The notes: generated from the sequence alone by a model not told the origin. Counted from the first letter of the stretch, positions 38,334 to 48,128 are shown. The stretch is DNA of 64,000 nucleotides from an uncultured SAR86 cluster bacterium (GCA_902538705.1 CACBGD010000002.1:15602-79601), one strand, 5' to 3'. Numbers and translations are program-made.

Positions 38334-40280
38334 ATGAAATCACGTAAGATTCTGGTAACAAGCGCTTTGCCATATGCTAATGGCTCTATACATATTGGGC
38401 ATGTTCTGGAATCTGTAATAACAGATATTTGGGTAAGATATCAAAAAATTAATGGTAATGAATGTCTTTATTTTTGTGCAGATGATACACATGGAACACC
38501 AGTAATGCTGAAAGCCAAAGAACTTGGAATAGAACCTGAAGAACTAATAAGACGAATAAGAGAGGAACATATTAGAAGTTATTCAAAGTTTAATATCAAT
38601 TTTGATAATTTTTATACTACTCATTCTGATGAGAATAAGGAATATGCTGAAAATATTTATAAAAAATGTAAAGAAGCAAACCTTATATTTAAGAAAGAAA
38701 TTGAGCAATTTTATGATTCAGAGGAAGGTCTTTTCTTATCGGATAGATTTATTAAAGGTCAATGTCCAAAATGTGGAGCTAAGGATCAGTATGGTGATGG
38801 TTGTTCTGTATGTGGAACAACTTATTCGCCCGATGATCTTGTAAATCCGTATTCATCATTGTCAAATTCCAAATTAACAAAGAAAAAAACCGAACATGTA
38901 TTTTTTGATTTGCCTCAAATGAAGGATTTTCTTGAGGATTATCTCAAAAACTTATCACTTCAAGATCCTATAAAGAATAAACTCAATGAGTGGATAGAGG
39001 ATGGATTGAAACCCTGGGATATATCCCGAGATGCACCATACTTTGGGTTTGAAATACCAGATGAAAAAGATAAATTTTTTTACGTTTGGCTTGATGCGCC
39101 GATTGGATATTTAGCTTCTGCAAGAAATTGGGCAGAAAATAATGACATAAATATAAAAGATTTATGGGATGAGGCATCTGACTTCGAAATTCATCATTTT
39201 ATTGGGAAAGATATTGCTTACTTTCATGCCCTATTCTGGCCAGCTCTATTGAAGTCATCGAACATACGTTTGCCTGAATCAATTAATGTTCATGGTTTTT
39301 TAACTATTAATAATGAGAAAATGTCTAAATCCAATGGTACCTTCATAAATGCTGATGATTTTGCTGAAAAATATGATGGTGAATTACTCAGATATTATTT
39401 TGCTGATAAATTTAATAATTCTATAGACGATTTAGATTTTAATGAGGATGAATTTATTCAAAAAATTAACTCGGATATTGTTGGTAAATATTTAAATATT
39501 GCTAGCAGAGTATCAAAATTTATTGAGAAAAATAATAATAATCTCTCGGCAGCCATAGATGAAGGCTTTATTCAGAAAAATTTAACTAAAATTGATGAAA
39601 TAAACAAACATTATGAGAACTTAAATCTTTCTAAATCTGTAAAGATTATTATGAAGATGGCTGATGAAGTTAACAAATATATTAATGAGAATGAGCCTTG
39701 GAAATCTAGTGAAGAGAAAGCAGTAGAAGTATCCACAACAGCAATCAACTGTTTTAGAGTTATCTCAATATTGCTGAGTCCTGTTTTACCTTCAATCACA
39801 TCAAAAGCTTTGAATATGTTTAATGAAAGTTCTAATTATGATTTTAATAATATTAGGGATAACCTTGTAAATACTAGAATTAATCCATATAAGCCCCTAT
39901 TAAAAAGATTAGAAAAAGCTAAAATAAATGAGGAAATTGAAATGGAAAATTCAGATTTAATTAATATTAAAGATTTTGCAAAGGTTGAGCTTCGTGTAGC
40001 CAAAATTGTTAAAGCTGAGGGAATAGAGGAAGCTGATAAACTTATAAAATTACATCTTGATGTGGGTGATCTTGGTCAAAGAACTGTTTTTGCTGGCATA
40101 AAAAGCGCGTATGATCCTGAGAATCTAAATGGAAGACATGTTGTATTAGTTGCAAATCTTGAACCAAGGAAAATGAAGTTTGGAGTATCGGAAGGAATGG
40201 TCTTAGCTTCGAGTGATGAGGGATCAATTTATTTAATATCACCAGATGAAGGTGCAAAACCAGGCCAGTTAGTTAAATAA
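38334..40280 (+). CDS. metG: Methionine--tRNA ligase
   Basis: ALPYANG.IHIGH, CPKC/CSVC knuckle, KMSKS, C-terminal tRNA-binding domain. Confidence 0.98.
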   Translation: MKSRKILVTSALPYANGSIHIGHVLESVITDIWVRYQKINGNECLYFCADDTHGTPVMLKAKELGIEPEELIRRIREEHIRSYSKFNINFDNFYTTHSDENKEYAENIYKKCKEANLIFKKEIEQFYDSEEGLFLSDRFIKGQCPKCGAKDQYGDGCSVCGTTYSPDDLVNPYSSLSNSKLTKKKTEHVFFDLPQMKDFLEDYLKNLSLQDPIKNKLNEWIEDGLKPWDISRDAPYFGFEIPDEKDKFFYVWLDAPIGYLASARNWAENNDINIKDLWDEASDFEIHHFIGKDIAYFHALFWPALLKSSNIRLPESINVHGFLTINNEKMSKSNGTFINADDFAEKYDGELLRYYFADKFNNSIDDLDFNEDEFIQKINSDIVGKYLNIASRVSKFIEKNNNNLSAAIDEGFIQKNLTKIDEINKHYENLNLSKSVKIIMKMADEVNKYINENEPWKSSEEKAVEVSTTAINCFRVISILLSPVLPSITSKALNMFNESSNYDFNNIRDNLVNTRINPYKPLLKRLEKAKINEEIEMENSDLINIKDFAKVELRVAKIVKAEGIEEADKLIKLHLDVGDLGQRTVFAGIKSAYDPENLNGRHVVLVANLEPRKMKFGVSEGMVLASSDEGSIYLISPDEGAKPGQLVK

Positions 40281-41305
40281 TGAAAGAAACGGATATTTTA
40301 ATAGTTGGAGCTGGACCTGTAGGACTTTTTACAGTTTTTGAAGCTGGTCTATTAGGATTAAATTGCACTCTGATTGATAATCTAGATAAGCCTGGTGGTC
40401 AATGTGCCGAACTCTATCCTGAAAAACCTATCTATGATATTCCAGGAGTCCCATTTCAGACTGCACAAGAACATGTTGATGCCCTATTAAAGCAGATAGA
40501 GCCTTTTGATTATGATCTAAATTTATCCCAAAGAGTTCAAACAATTTCTCAAGGTGATGATTTTTGGATGGTGGAAACCAATGAGGGCAATAAATTTAAA
40601 ACTAAAAACATATTTATAGCAGCGGGTGCTGGATCATTTGAACCCAGAAGACCACCAAATATTGAGAATCCTGATTTATTTCTTAATAAAGGAGTAACTT
40701 ATGCTGTTAGAAATATGGATCAATATAAAGACAAAGAAGTATTTATCTTTGGGGGCGGTGACTCTGCTCTAGATTGGACAGTTGAGTTAAGTAAAATTTC
40801 TTCTCACGTCAGTTTAGTTCATAGAAGAGATCAATTTAGAGGTGCATTTAAAACTGAACAAGAAATGAGGGACCTAGTTAAAAGTGGAAAAGTAAGCCTT
40901 TTCACACCTCATTTGATCAATGAAATAGTTGGAGATAAAAAAGTAACAGGTGTAAAACTTAAGAACTTCGAAACTTTAGAAATATCAGAACACAATGCTG
41001 ATGAACTCCTATTCCTATTTGGTTTAAATAAAAAACTTGGTCCAATACTGGATTGGGAAATTGATTTAGAGGATAAAAAAATATCTGTTAATACCACTAC
41101 TTTTGAAACCTCAAAAAAAGGTATTTTTGCTGTAGGAGATATAAATCATTACGAAGGAAAGCTTGACCTTATATTATGCGGATTCCATGAAACAACACTT
41201 GCTGTTCAGGAAGCTTTTAAAAGAATAAATCCTGGTGAAAGAGTTCCCTTTGGATATACAACCTCAAATAAAAAACTTCAAAAAAAACTTGGCGTAATTG
41301 ATTGA
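40280..41305 (+). CDS. Ferredoxin--NADP+ reductase (thioredoxin-reductase-like type)
   Basis: GAGPVG, GGQCAELYPEKPIYDIPG, GGGDSALDW, HRR; lacks the TrxR CxxC. Confidence 0.88.
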   Translation: MKETDILIVGAGPVGLFTVFEAGLLGLNCTLIDNLDKPGGQCAELYPEKPIYDIPGVPFQTAQEHVDALLKQIEPFDYDLNLSQRVQTISQGDDFWMVETNEGNKFKTKNIFIAAGAGSFEPRRPPNIENPDLFLNKGVTYAVRNMDQYKDKEVFIFGGGDSALDWTVELSKISSHVSLVHRRDQFRGAFKTEQEMRDLVKSGKVSLFTPHLINEIVGDKKVTGVKLKNFETLEISEHNADELLFLFGLNKKLGPILDWEIDLEDKKISVNTTTFETSKKGIFAVGDINHYEGKLDLILCGFHETTLAVQEAFKRINPGERVPFGYTTSNKKLQKKLGVID

Positions 41306-41877
41306 AAGAAAAGTTTAGAAAGTTCCTTCCGGTAGTTGTAGATATGGAAACTGGTGGTTTTGATCCAGTTAATGATGCCCTATTAGAAATCGCCATTACT
41401 CTTATAGATTATGACAAAGAATTTCGAGTTGGCTCCACTCATAGGCATCACATAATTCCCTTTGAAGGTTTAAATGTTTCTGAGGAATCACTCGAATTTA
41501 CCGGCATTGACCTGAATCATCCATTACGAAATGCTGTTGATGAAAAAGAAGCTTTAATAGATATTTTTAGCATCATCAATAAACATAAGAATAAATATGA
41601 ATGCAGTAGAGCTATTTTAGTTGGACATAATGCTCACTTCGATTTGGGTTTTTTAAATGAGTCTGTTAAAAGAAATAATATTAAAAGATCCCCTTTCCAC
41701 CCCTTCTCAGTATTTGATACTGTTTCTATAGGTGGGATTTTTACTGGTCAGACTGTGCTTGCAAGAATTGCTAAAGAACTAGGCTTTGAATATGAAAATG
41801 AATTGGCACATTCAGCTTCTTACGATTCTGAAATAACAGCAAAAGTTTTTTGTAAAATCTTAAATAAAATAAATTAG
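41302..41877 (+). CDS. rnt: Ribonuclease T
   Basis: PVVVDMETGG, LVGHNAHFD, RSPFHPFS.FDT, AHSASYD. Confidence 0.95.
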   Translation: MKEKFRKFLPVVVDMETGGFDPVNDALLEIAITLIDYDKEFRVGSTHRHHIIPFEGLNVSEESLEFTGIDLNHPLRNAVDEKEALIDIFSIINKHKNKYECSRAILVGHNAHFDLGFLNESVKRNNIKRSPFHPFSVFDTVSIGGIFTGQTVLARIAKELGFEYENELAHSASYDSEITAKVFCKILNKIN

Positions 41878-42188
41878 TCTACTGCTTCATCAATGAGTTT
41901 TTGAAGATCGCCTGATTCATGCATTTGGGTAACTATGTCACAGCCTCCAATTAACTCACCAGAGATAAAAACTTGAGGAAAGGTTGGCCAATCAGTAACT
42001 GAAGGTAGCGTTGCTCTAACTTCTTGATTTTCTAAGATATCAACAAATGAAAATTGAGCCCCACAATCTATCAAAGCTTGGACCGTTTTTGATGAAAATC
42101 CGCATCTTGGCTCATATGGTGTGCCCTTCATATAAATAAGCACAGGATTTTCTTTAATTTGTTGTTTTAGTTTTTCTTCTAGACTCAT
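41874..42188 (-). CDS. grxD: Monothiol glutaredoxin Grx4
   Basis: MKGTP..PRCGFS, WPTFPQ, GGCDI. Confidence 0.96.
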   Translation of the reverse strand: MSLEEKLKQQIKENPVLIYMKGTPYEPRCGFSSKTVQALIDCGAQFSFVDILENQEVRATLPSVTDWPTFPQVFISGELIGGCDIVTQMHESGDLQKLIDEAVD

Positions 42189-42931
42189 CTAATTATTTTA
42201 ATATATTGTGAAAGTATATTATCCAATCCATGGATAAGCGATTCAGTTATTATAGCGTGACCAATTGAAACTTCATCAATAATATTAAGATCAATTAAAT
42301 CAGGAAGATTTTCTAAATTGAGATCATGACCCGCATTAAGTTTTAAATTATTGGATTTTGTATACTTAAAAATCTCATACATTTCTTCAATACATGAAAC
42401 TCTTTCATCTTTATTTAATTGTGCATATGGCCCAGTATAAATTTCTACAGCATTTGCACCCATTTCCAAGGCATAGTTTACAGACTCAATATTGGCATCA
42501 ATAAACATGCTTACAAATTTACAATCTTCACGGAGTCTTCCTATAATTAATTTTAATTCATCATCATGTCCTCCCCTGAGCCAGCCATGATCAGAGGTTA
42601 TTTGATCTTCTTTGTCTGGAACTAGTGTTGCTTGATAGGGTTTAATATCTGACACAAGATTTTCATACCCCCTAAATGATCCTCTTTCAATGTTAAATGG
42701 ATTGCCCTCAATATTGAATTCAAGATTATTTTTTTTACATAAATTAGCTAAATCAATGACATCAGATGACAAGGCATGCCTCTCATCTGGTCTAGGATGA
42801 AGAGTTAAACCACAAATATCATGATTCATGCATGACTTAGCAAAATTAACCAATGAAGGATAGTCTGATCCTCTTGCATTTCTGAGCAGTGCAACTTTAT
42901 TCAAGTTTATACTTAAATTTGTTTTATTCAT
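42185..42931 (-). CDS. pdxJ: Pyridoxine 5'-phosphate synthase
   Basis: NLNKVALLRNAR, HPRPDERH, NIEGNP, EIYTG, NAGHDL, VSIGHA. Confidence 0.94.
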   Translation of the reverse strand: MNKTNLSINLNKVALLRNARGSDYPSLVNFAKSCMNHDICGLTLHPRPDERHALSSDVIDLANLCKKNNLEFNIEGNPFNIERGSFRGYENLVSDIKPYQATLVPDKEDQITSDHGWLRGGHDDELKLIIGRLREDCKFVSMFIDANIESVNYALEMGANAVEIYTGPYAQLNKDERVSCIEEMYEIFKYTKSNNLKLNAGHDLNLENLPDLIDLNIIDEVSIGHAIITESLIHGLDNILSQYIKIIR

Positions 42932-42965
42932 AGAATCTATATTAATTATAACTAATATCTATGTT

Positions 42966-44303
42966 TTAACTAATATTTTCTTTTATTTCTGTGTGAGCTT
43001 CTCTTGAAATATTGTGTTTTGATAAAAGGTAGCTTGCAAGAAAAAAGCAGATAACTGGAATAAAATGATACATATATAAAAGAGTATTCTTGGTATATTC
43101 TGTATTATCTGAACCTAAGGTGATATCAAAACCTATGACACTCTCAAGAAATATATATGGGAAGGCTACAGCAAAGGTAAAACCTACTTTAGTTAATGTT
43201 GTGTAGTATGCAAACATAGCTCCAGATTTATTAATGTCAGATTCTGCCTGCTCAGCATCTGAAACGTCAGCTATCATAGAAATAATTAGTGGCGCTGCTC
43301 CAGAAAATGATATTCCATAAACTGCCAGAACAAAAAATAATACTCCTGCCTTTACTGTCTCGCTTGCATCAGCAATGAATAAAACAACAAAAAACTGAAG
43401 TAGAAAAAGAATGCCTGCATATAGTAGACATAATGATGCAGCATAATGTTTTGTATATTTAAGACCAATATGTCTCCAAAAAAATATTCCTATAACTGCA
43501 AATGTGAAGTTTACAAATATTGCTCTTGATGCATAATCACCGAGCTCAAGAATAGAGTCCATAAAGATTACAAATAACCCACCAGTTAAACTCTGGGCAA
43601 ATGCAAGAAGTACACTTGCTAAAACAAGTCTATTTAAAGTTTTATTCTTAAAGAATCTCTTAAAAGATTTTAGTGGATTATCATAATTTGAAGAAGTTCT
43701 CTTATCATCTAAGAAAAATAGACCAAGAAAAATTGTTAAAGGAATACCAATCAGAGCAAATATTCCAATTGCATTGATCTTTAAAAGAAATGATCCTTCA
43801 TAAATCTCAATTACAGCAGGTATTGAAATTACAATTAACGTTGCGATTATCGCAATGATTTCTCTTAATGTTAATAATTTCGTTCTTTCATCATATTCTG
43901 GAGCTATAAATGATGCCCATGAGAGCTGAGCTATGTTAGCAAGGGTAAATCCACTATAAAGAGAAAATAAGGCAATAAATAAGTACCAACCACTAATGAA
44001 TTCATCTTGAGGAAAAAAAAGAAAATATGCGCTAAGACATAACACAGGTAGCGATAAGAAAATCCAATGCTTATGCTTTCCAAATCTAGATGGATATCTA
44101 TCAACCAACGCGCCCATAATAGGATCAGTGAATACATCTATAATCCTTCCCGCAAAAAAAATTAACCCTACGAGGGAAAGACCAAGATTATAATTAGATG
44201 CATAAAATGGAAGGATGTAGACAAGGATAGGAATTCCAGTTACAGGAAATGGAAAAACTAATGATGAATATATAATCTTTTTAGTATTTTCTGAAATAAC
44301 CAT
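42966..44303 (-). CDS. MFS transporter, GPH (glycoside-pentoside-hexuronide:cation symporter) family
   Basis: ~12 TM segments; RIIDVFTDPIMGALVDR, YDERTKL, MIADVSD. Confidence 0.82.
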   Translation of the reverse strand: MVISENTKKIIYSSLVFPFPVTGIPILVYILPFYASNYNLGLSLVGLIFFAGRIIDVFTDPIMGALVDRYPSRFGKHKHWIFLSLPVLCLSAYFLFFPQDEFISGWYLFIALFSLYSGFTLANIAQLSWASFIAPEYDERTKLLTLREIIAIIATLIVISIPAVIEIYEGSFLLKINAIGIFALIGIPLTIFLGLFFLDDKRTSSNYDNPLKSFKRFFKNKTLNRLVLASVLLAFAQSLTGGLFVIFMDSILELGDYASRAIFVNFTFAVIGIFFWRHIGLKYTKHYAASLCLLYAGILFLLQFFVVLFIADASETVKAGVLFFVLAVYGISFSGAAPLIISMIADVSDAEQAESDINKSGAMFAYYTTLTKVGFTFAVAFPYIFLESVIGFDITLGSDNTEYTKNTLLYMYHFIPVICFFLASYLLSKHNISREAHTEIKENIS

Positions 44304-44341
44304 TTGGATTAGAATACTATACTTATAATTAATCTTTTAAA

Positions 44342-44515
44342 ATGGCTAAATTAAATAAAAATCTACTAAATATTTTGGTCTGTCCTGTTTCTAAAGGAAA
44401 ACTAATTTATGATGAAGAAAAAAATGAACTCATCTGTGAAGAATCTAAATTAGCTTATCCAATCATCGATGGTATTCCTGCGATGCTTAAAGAAAAAGCT
44501 CGTAAGATTTCGTAA
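44342..44515 (+). CDS. Trm112/YcaR (UPF0434) family protein, 57 aa
   Basis: Below the ORF-track cutoff. MAKLNKNLLNILVCPVSKGKLIYDEEKNELICEESKLAYPIIDGIPAMLKEKARKIS matches the LL.ILVCP...LAYPI.DGIP.ML signature. Confidence 0.9.
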   Translation: MAKLNKNLLNILVCPVSKGKLIYDEEKNELICEESKLAYPIIDGIPAMLKEKARKIS

Positions 44516-44550
44516 CATAAAATTTACAATACGTTTCAAAATCTACACCT

Positions 44551-44652
44551 AGAAGAAACACTAATTAGTAACCATTTATCTGTTGATTAGAAAGCTTCCC
44601 CTGTTTTACCTATTCGACGAGATATAAGGAGCCGTAATGGCTCCTTTGTTTT
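44551..44652 (+). ncRNA. Candidate small RNA or structured 3' UTR
   Basis: 10-bp stem with G-U pairs (44561-70/44581-90), CU-rich linker, then an intrinsic terminator. No family recognised. Confidence 0.3.
44626..44652 (+). terminator. Intrinsic terminator
   Basis: AAGGAGCC-GTAAT-GGCTCCTT followed by TGTTTT. Confidence 0.8.
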
Positions 44653-44665
44653 ATAATTTAACTAT

Positions 44666-44743
44666 GCGCCTGTAGCTCAGTTGGATTAGAGTGCTTGGCT
44701 ACGAACCAAGAGGTCGGAGGTTCGAATCCTTCCAGGCGCGCCA
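44666..44743 (+). tRNA. tRNA-Arg (anticodon ACG)
   Basis: Acceptor GCGCCTG/CAGGCGC, anticodon arm CTTGG-CTACGAA-CCAAG, GGTTCGAATCC T-arm, encoded CCA; TATAAT at 44652-44657. Confidence 0.98.
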
Positions 44744-45826
44744 TTAATCAGCAGAATTAGCGTACTGATTCAATAGAATGTTTTTTACTGCATCCGGTTG
44801 ATCCTTTAACCTTTCTAAGAAGTATTCATTATCTTCAAGTCTTAAATCTTCGTTCACTATGGATAAAGCATCTTTATTTGTAGGATGGTTATGAAACTGA
44901 TTAGATATTTTATTAGTTATTTGCTCAGCAACTACTTCATAAGAGTCTGATTCAAAATTCATTACATCTCCAATATTTAATACCACTGACCCTTTAAATC
45001 CTGATATTCCTCTGGATATACTCTCAAGGTCTTCATTTTCTGTTTTTTTATAAAAGCCGTTTACTTCAGTCTCATAAATCTCTTTAGCTTTATTTAAATC
45101 ATTTGGATCAAACTCATATGAGATAGATACTGGCACAACCTTCACATGATTAAAAAAATTAGAGACTGGTAATTCTTTTCTTTTAGAAAGGTGAATCATT
45201 TTTAAGATTGCTGGATCAGTAATATCTCTTCCATCCTTTGCTCTTCCCTCACGTTGAGCAATCCAGATAGACTCATTATCAACTGTTAATTTATTGAAGA
45301 TAAATTCTGAAACAAGATTTAGCGATCGATAGATTTCTCTTTTTGATGATCCAGATCTAGGTATTATAAAACTCTTATTAAGGCGCATAAGATCTGCAGC
45401 CCACTTTTGATTCATAAGATTACTTCCAACAGCTATGTTTACAGTAGAAAAATCATTTTTGTGAAGAGCAAGATTTAAAAATGCTGGATCTAAAGTTATG
45501 TCTCTGTGATTTGAAATAAATAGATAAGAAGTATTCTGTTGAAGTTTTTCCATTCCCTCATAAGTAAAACCACTTGATGAATCAGCTATGATCTTTTCCA
45601 TAATCTTTTCATACATATTTTGATATTGTTGAATGGATTTAATTTTTTTTAGTCGTCTGTTGAGATAAAAAGACAGAAATAATCCTAAAAAGGAATTAAA
45701 AAAACTATTGTGATGGCCTCTAGAATGCAAAAAGGCATTTATAACATTCTTATTGGATGCAAGCTCACGAAGTTTAGATTCAACTTCGTGATCATAATAA
45801 GGTCTTATTTCTTCAAATTTATCCAA
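44744..45826 (-). CDS. Glycerol-3-phosphate/lysophospholipid acyltransferase (PlsC/PlsB-like HxxxxD family)
   Basis: FISNHRDITLD block I, WIAQREGRAKDG block III, VPVSISYE; TTG start. Confidence 0.82.
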   Translation of the reverse strand: MDKFEEIRPYYDHEVESKLRELASNKNVINAFLHSRGHHNSFFNSFLGLFLSFYLNRRLKKIKSIQQYQNMYEKIMEKIIADSSSGFTYEGMEKLQQNTSYLFISNHRDITLDPAFLNLALHKNDFSTVNIAVGSNLMNQKWAADLMRLNKSFIIPRSGSSKREIYRSLNLVSEFIFNKLTVDNESIWIAQREGRAKDGRDITDPAILKMIHLSKRKELPVSNFFNHVKVVPVSISYEFDPNDLNKAKEIYETEVNGFYKKTENEDLESISRGISGFKGSVVLNIGDVMNFESDSYEVVAEQITNKISNQFHNHPTNKDALSIVNEDLRLEDNEYFLERLKDQPDAVKNILLNQYANSAD

Positions 45827-45845
45827 GCTGTATAATGATTTTTAA

Positions 45846-46607
45846 GTGTATTTTACAAAATATATGAAAGATTACCTAAATTATGATGGTTTAGCTGTAA
45901 TGGCTCACAGAGGTGGCTCTCTTGAGGCTCCTGAAAATACTATTGAATCTTTTAAATATTCTCTAGAAATTGGCTCAGATATCATTGAAACCGATATTCA
46001 GCTAAGCTCTGATGGAGTTCCTTACATCTTTCATGATGATGACTTAAAAAGAATCCTAGGTATACATAAAAATTTTAATGAACTTTTATCTTCTGAAATA
46101 GATGAATTAAATATTTTTGGTGATTATAAAATACCAACACTTGAGGAAACGTTAAAACAATTTCCTAATACTAGGTTTCAAATTGATTTTAAGACAGATG
46201 AAGTAGTCGATCCTGCAATTGAGATAATTAATAAATTTCCACATATTAAAAAGAATTTATGTGTTGCAAGTTTTTCTAGTAGAAGACTACAAAACATTAA
46301 ATCAAAACTTAGTGGCATAACTTATTCAATGGGTCCTCATGAAGTACTAAAGCTTCTTCTTAAAAGCTTTGGATTATATAGAAGTAAAGTTAATGGTGAT
46401 TGTCTTCAAATACCAATATATAGATATGGAATAAAAATTGTTACAAAAAGATTCGTTGATTTTTGCAAACATGAAAATATCAAGATTTCTGTTTGGACCA
46501 TTAATAGTATAGAAGAAATGAACTATCTAATTGACTTGAAAGTAGATGGAATAATAACAGATAAGCCTAAAGCTTTGATTGATCTTCTTGCTTCAAAAAA
46601 TACTTAA
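45846..46607 (+). CDS. Glycerophosphodiester phosphodiesterase (cytoplasmic, UgpQ-like)
   Basis: AHRGG..APENT, ETDIQLSSDG, HD..LKR, VWTIN, DGIITDKP; no signal peptide. Start may be the ATG at 45864. Confidence 0.9.
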   Translation: MYFTKYMKDYLNYDGLAVMAHRGGSLEAPENTIESFKYSLEIGSDIIETDIQLSSDGVPYIFHDDDLKRILGIHKNFNELLSSEIDELNIFGDYKIPTLEETLKQFPNTRFQIDFKTDEVVDPAIEIINKFPHIKKNLCVASFSSRRLQNIKSKLSGITYSMGPHEVLKLLLKSFGLYRSKVNGDCLQIPIYRYGIKIVTKRFVDFCKHENIKISVWTINSIEEMNYLIDLKVDGIITDKPKALIDLLASKNT

Positions 46608-46776
46608 CAAGAGCCTTTCTTGCAAAGTAATAAATTGGAAGAATAATAATTGAACAAATTAGTATTTCTACTCCAATACTGTAATCGATAAGCGATCTTA
46701 TAAATCTTGCAACAAATAGACTGACTAGACCCATTAGTGAATAAAAGATTATTGAATTTTTACTAAATAATTTCAT
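46567..46776 (-). CDS. Small hypothetical 2-TM membrane protein (69 aa)
   Basis: ATG at 46776 overlaps the MFS stop; two hydrophobic helices. Confidence 0.55.
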   Translation of the reverse strand: MKLFSKNSIIFYSLMGLVSLFVARFIRSLIDYSIGVEILICSIIILPIYYFARKALVKYFLKQEDQSKL

Positions 46777-48004
46777 TTGGATATTTAACAAATCTTAATA
46801 CGAAACCGCCAGCAATAAATAAAACAATAATTGGGACAAGTGCTATTTGAAAATTATTGAATATTCCAATAAATATCCCAACTAAGGCTGGCCCCATTAC
46901 TGATCCGGCTCTACCAAAAGTATTATAAAAACCAAAAAATTCTCCAGACTTATCTGTAGGAATTATTTTTGAGAAAAAGCTTCTGGAAGCTGCTTGAATC
47001 CCTCCCTGAACCGATCCTATTAAAGCGGCCATAACATAAAACTCAGTAGCATTAGAAAGTGCTGTTGAGTAAATAACAACACATATATAAATAAAAATAG
47101 TCGCATAAAGAACAACTTTATCATTGAACTTGTTTCCAATGTAAGACCAGAAAAGAGTTGATGGAAATGCTACAAATTGAACTAGAATTAATGCAACAAT
47201 AATCGATGACTGATCAATGCCTATATTTTCAGCAAAAATTGCAGCAAGTGACATTATGGTATGAACACCATCGATATATAGAAAGAAAGCAAATAAAAAT
47301 AACAAAACATTCTTATTTTTTTGTATGTCTCTAAAGGTGCTTACAAATCCACTTAAAACTTCTTTAAAGTTGCCAGTTTTTTCAACCTCACGCTCTTTAT
47401 AATTAATTACTAAAGGAAGCATAAAAATAAACCACCAAACTGATACAGTTATGAATGCCCATCTAACTGCCTCAGCCTCATTACTTAAACCAAATGTTTC
47501 AGGTTGGAGAACCATGAAGGCATTTAAAGCAAATAATAACCCTCCTCCAAGGTAACCAAGTGAGTAGCCATAACTTGATACTTTTGTTAGCTGATCTTCT
47601 GAAGCAATATAGACTAGCATTTTGTCATAGAGAACAATCGCCGAAGCAAAGGAAAAGAATGAAATACCATAGAGGATAAGTGCCATAAGCCATTTACCCA
47701 TTGGAATAAAGTAAAAGGAGGCAACAGCTATAATTGATAATAAAGTAAAAACTACGAATAGAATTTTTGTTAGTCTTTTATAGTCAGTTATTGCACCGAT
47801 AATGGGTGCAGAAATAAGAATAACTAAATTTATTATTGTTAACGCAAATGCAAGATATTGAGTTGCTTGAAGTGACTCAAGGCCATTAGACCAATAGCTA
47901 GCATAAAATAAAGGAAAAAATGCAGCTAATACTGTTGTTGCATAGGCAGAGTTACCAAAATCATAGAATATCCAAGACTTGATTTCTTTGTTAAAATTCC
48001 TCAT
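46763..48004 (-). CDS. MFS transporter, UMF1/Atg22-like family
   Basis: SWIFYDFGNSAYATT, VSSYGYSLGYLGG, QGGIQAASRS, EFFGFY. Confidence 0.88.
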   Translation of the reverse strand: MRNFNKEIKSWIFYDFGNSAYATTVLAAFFPLFYASYWSNGLESLQATQYLAFALTIINLVILISAPIIGAITDYKRLTKILFVVFTLLSIIAVASFYFIPMGKWLMALILYGISFFSFASAIVLYDKMLVYIASEDQLTKVSSYGYSLGYLGGGLLFALNAFMVLQPETFGLSNEAEAVRWAFITVSVWWFIFMLPLVINYKEREVEKTGNFKEVLSGFVSTFRDIQKNKNVLLFLFAFFLYIDGVHTIMSLAAIFAENIGIDQSSIIVALILVQFVAFPSTLFWSYIGNKFNDKVVLYATIFIYICVVIYSTALSNATEFYVMAALIGSVQGGIQAASRSFFSKIIPTDKSGEFFGFYNTFGRAGSVMGPALVGIFIGIFNNFQIALVPIIVLFIAGGFVLRFVKYPNEII

Positions 48005-48020
48005 ATTTCCTTAATTAAAT

Positions 48021-48128
48021 ATGAACGATAACGAAACAACGAAATTCGCAACATTCTTTTTAGTTGGCATAGCACTGTTAGTCTTACTCCTTGGTGTTGG
48101 CTCATATTTTTATAGTATATATATGTAA
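48021..48128 (+). CDS. Unannotated 35-aa single-pass membrane protein
   Basis: MNDNETTKFATFFLVGIALLVLLLGVGSYFYSIYM*. It fills the gap exactly, and its stop abuts the HIT stop at 48129. Confidence 0.55.
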   Translation: MNDNETTKFATFFLVGIALLVLLLGVGSYFYSIYM

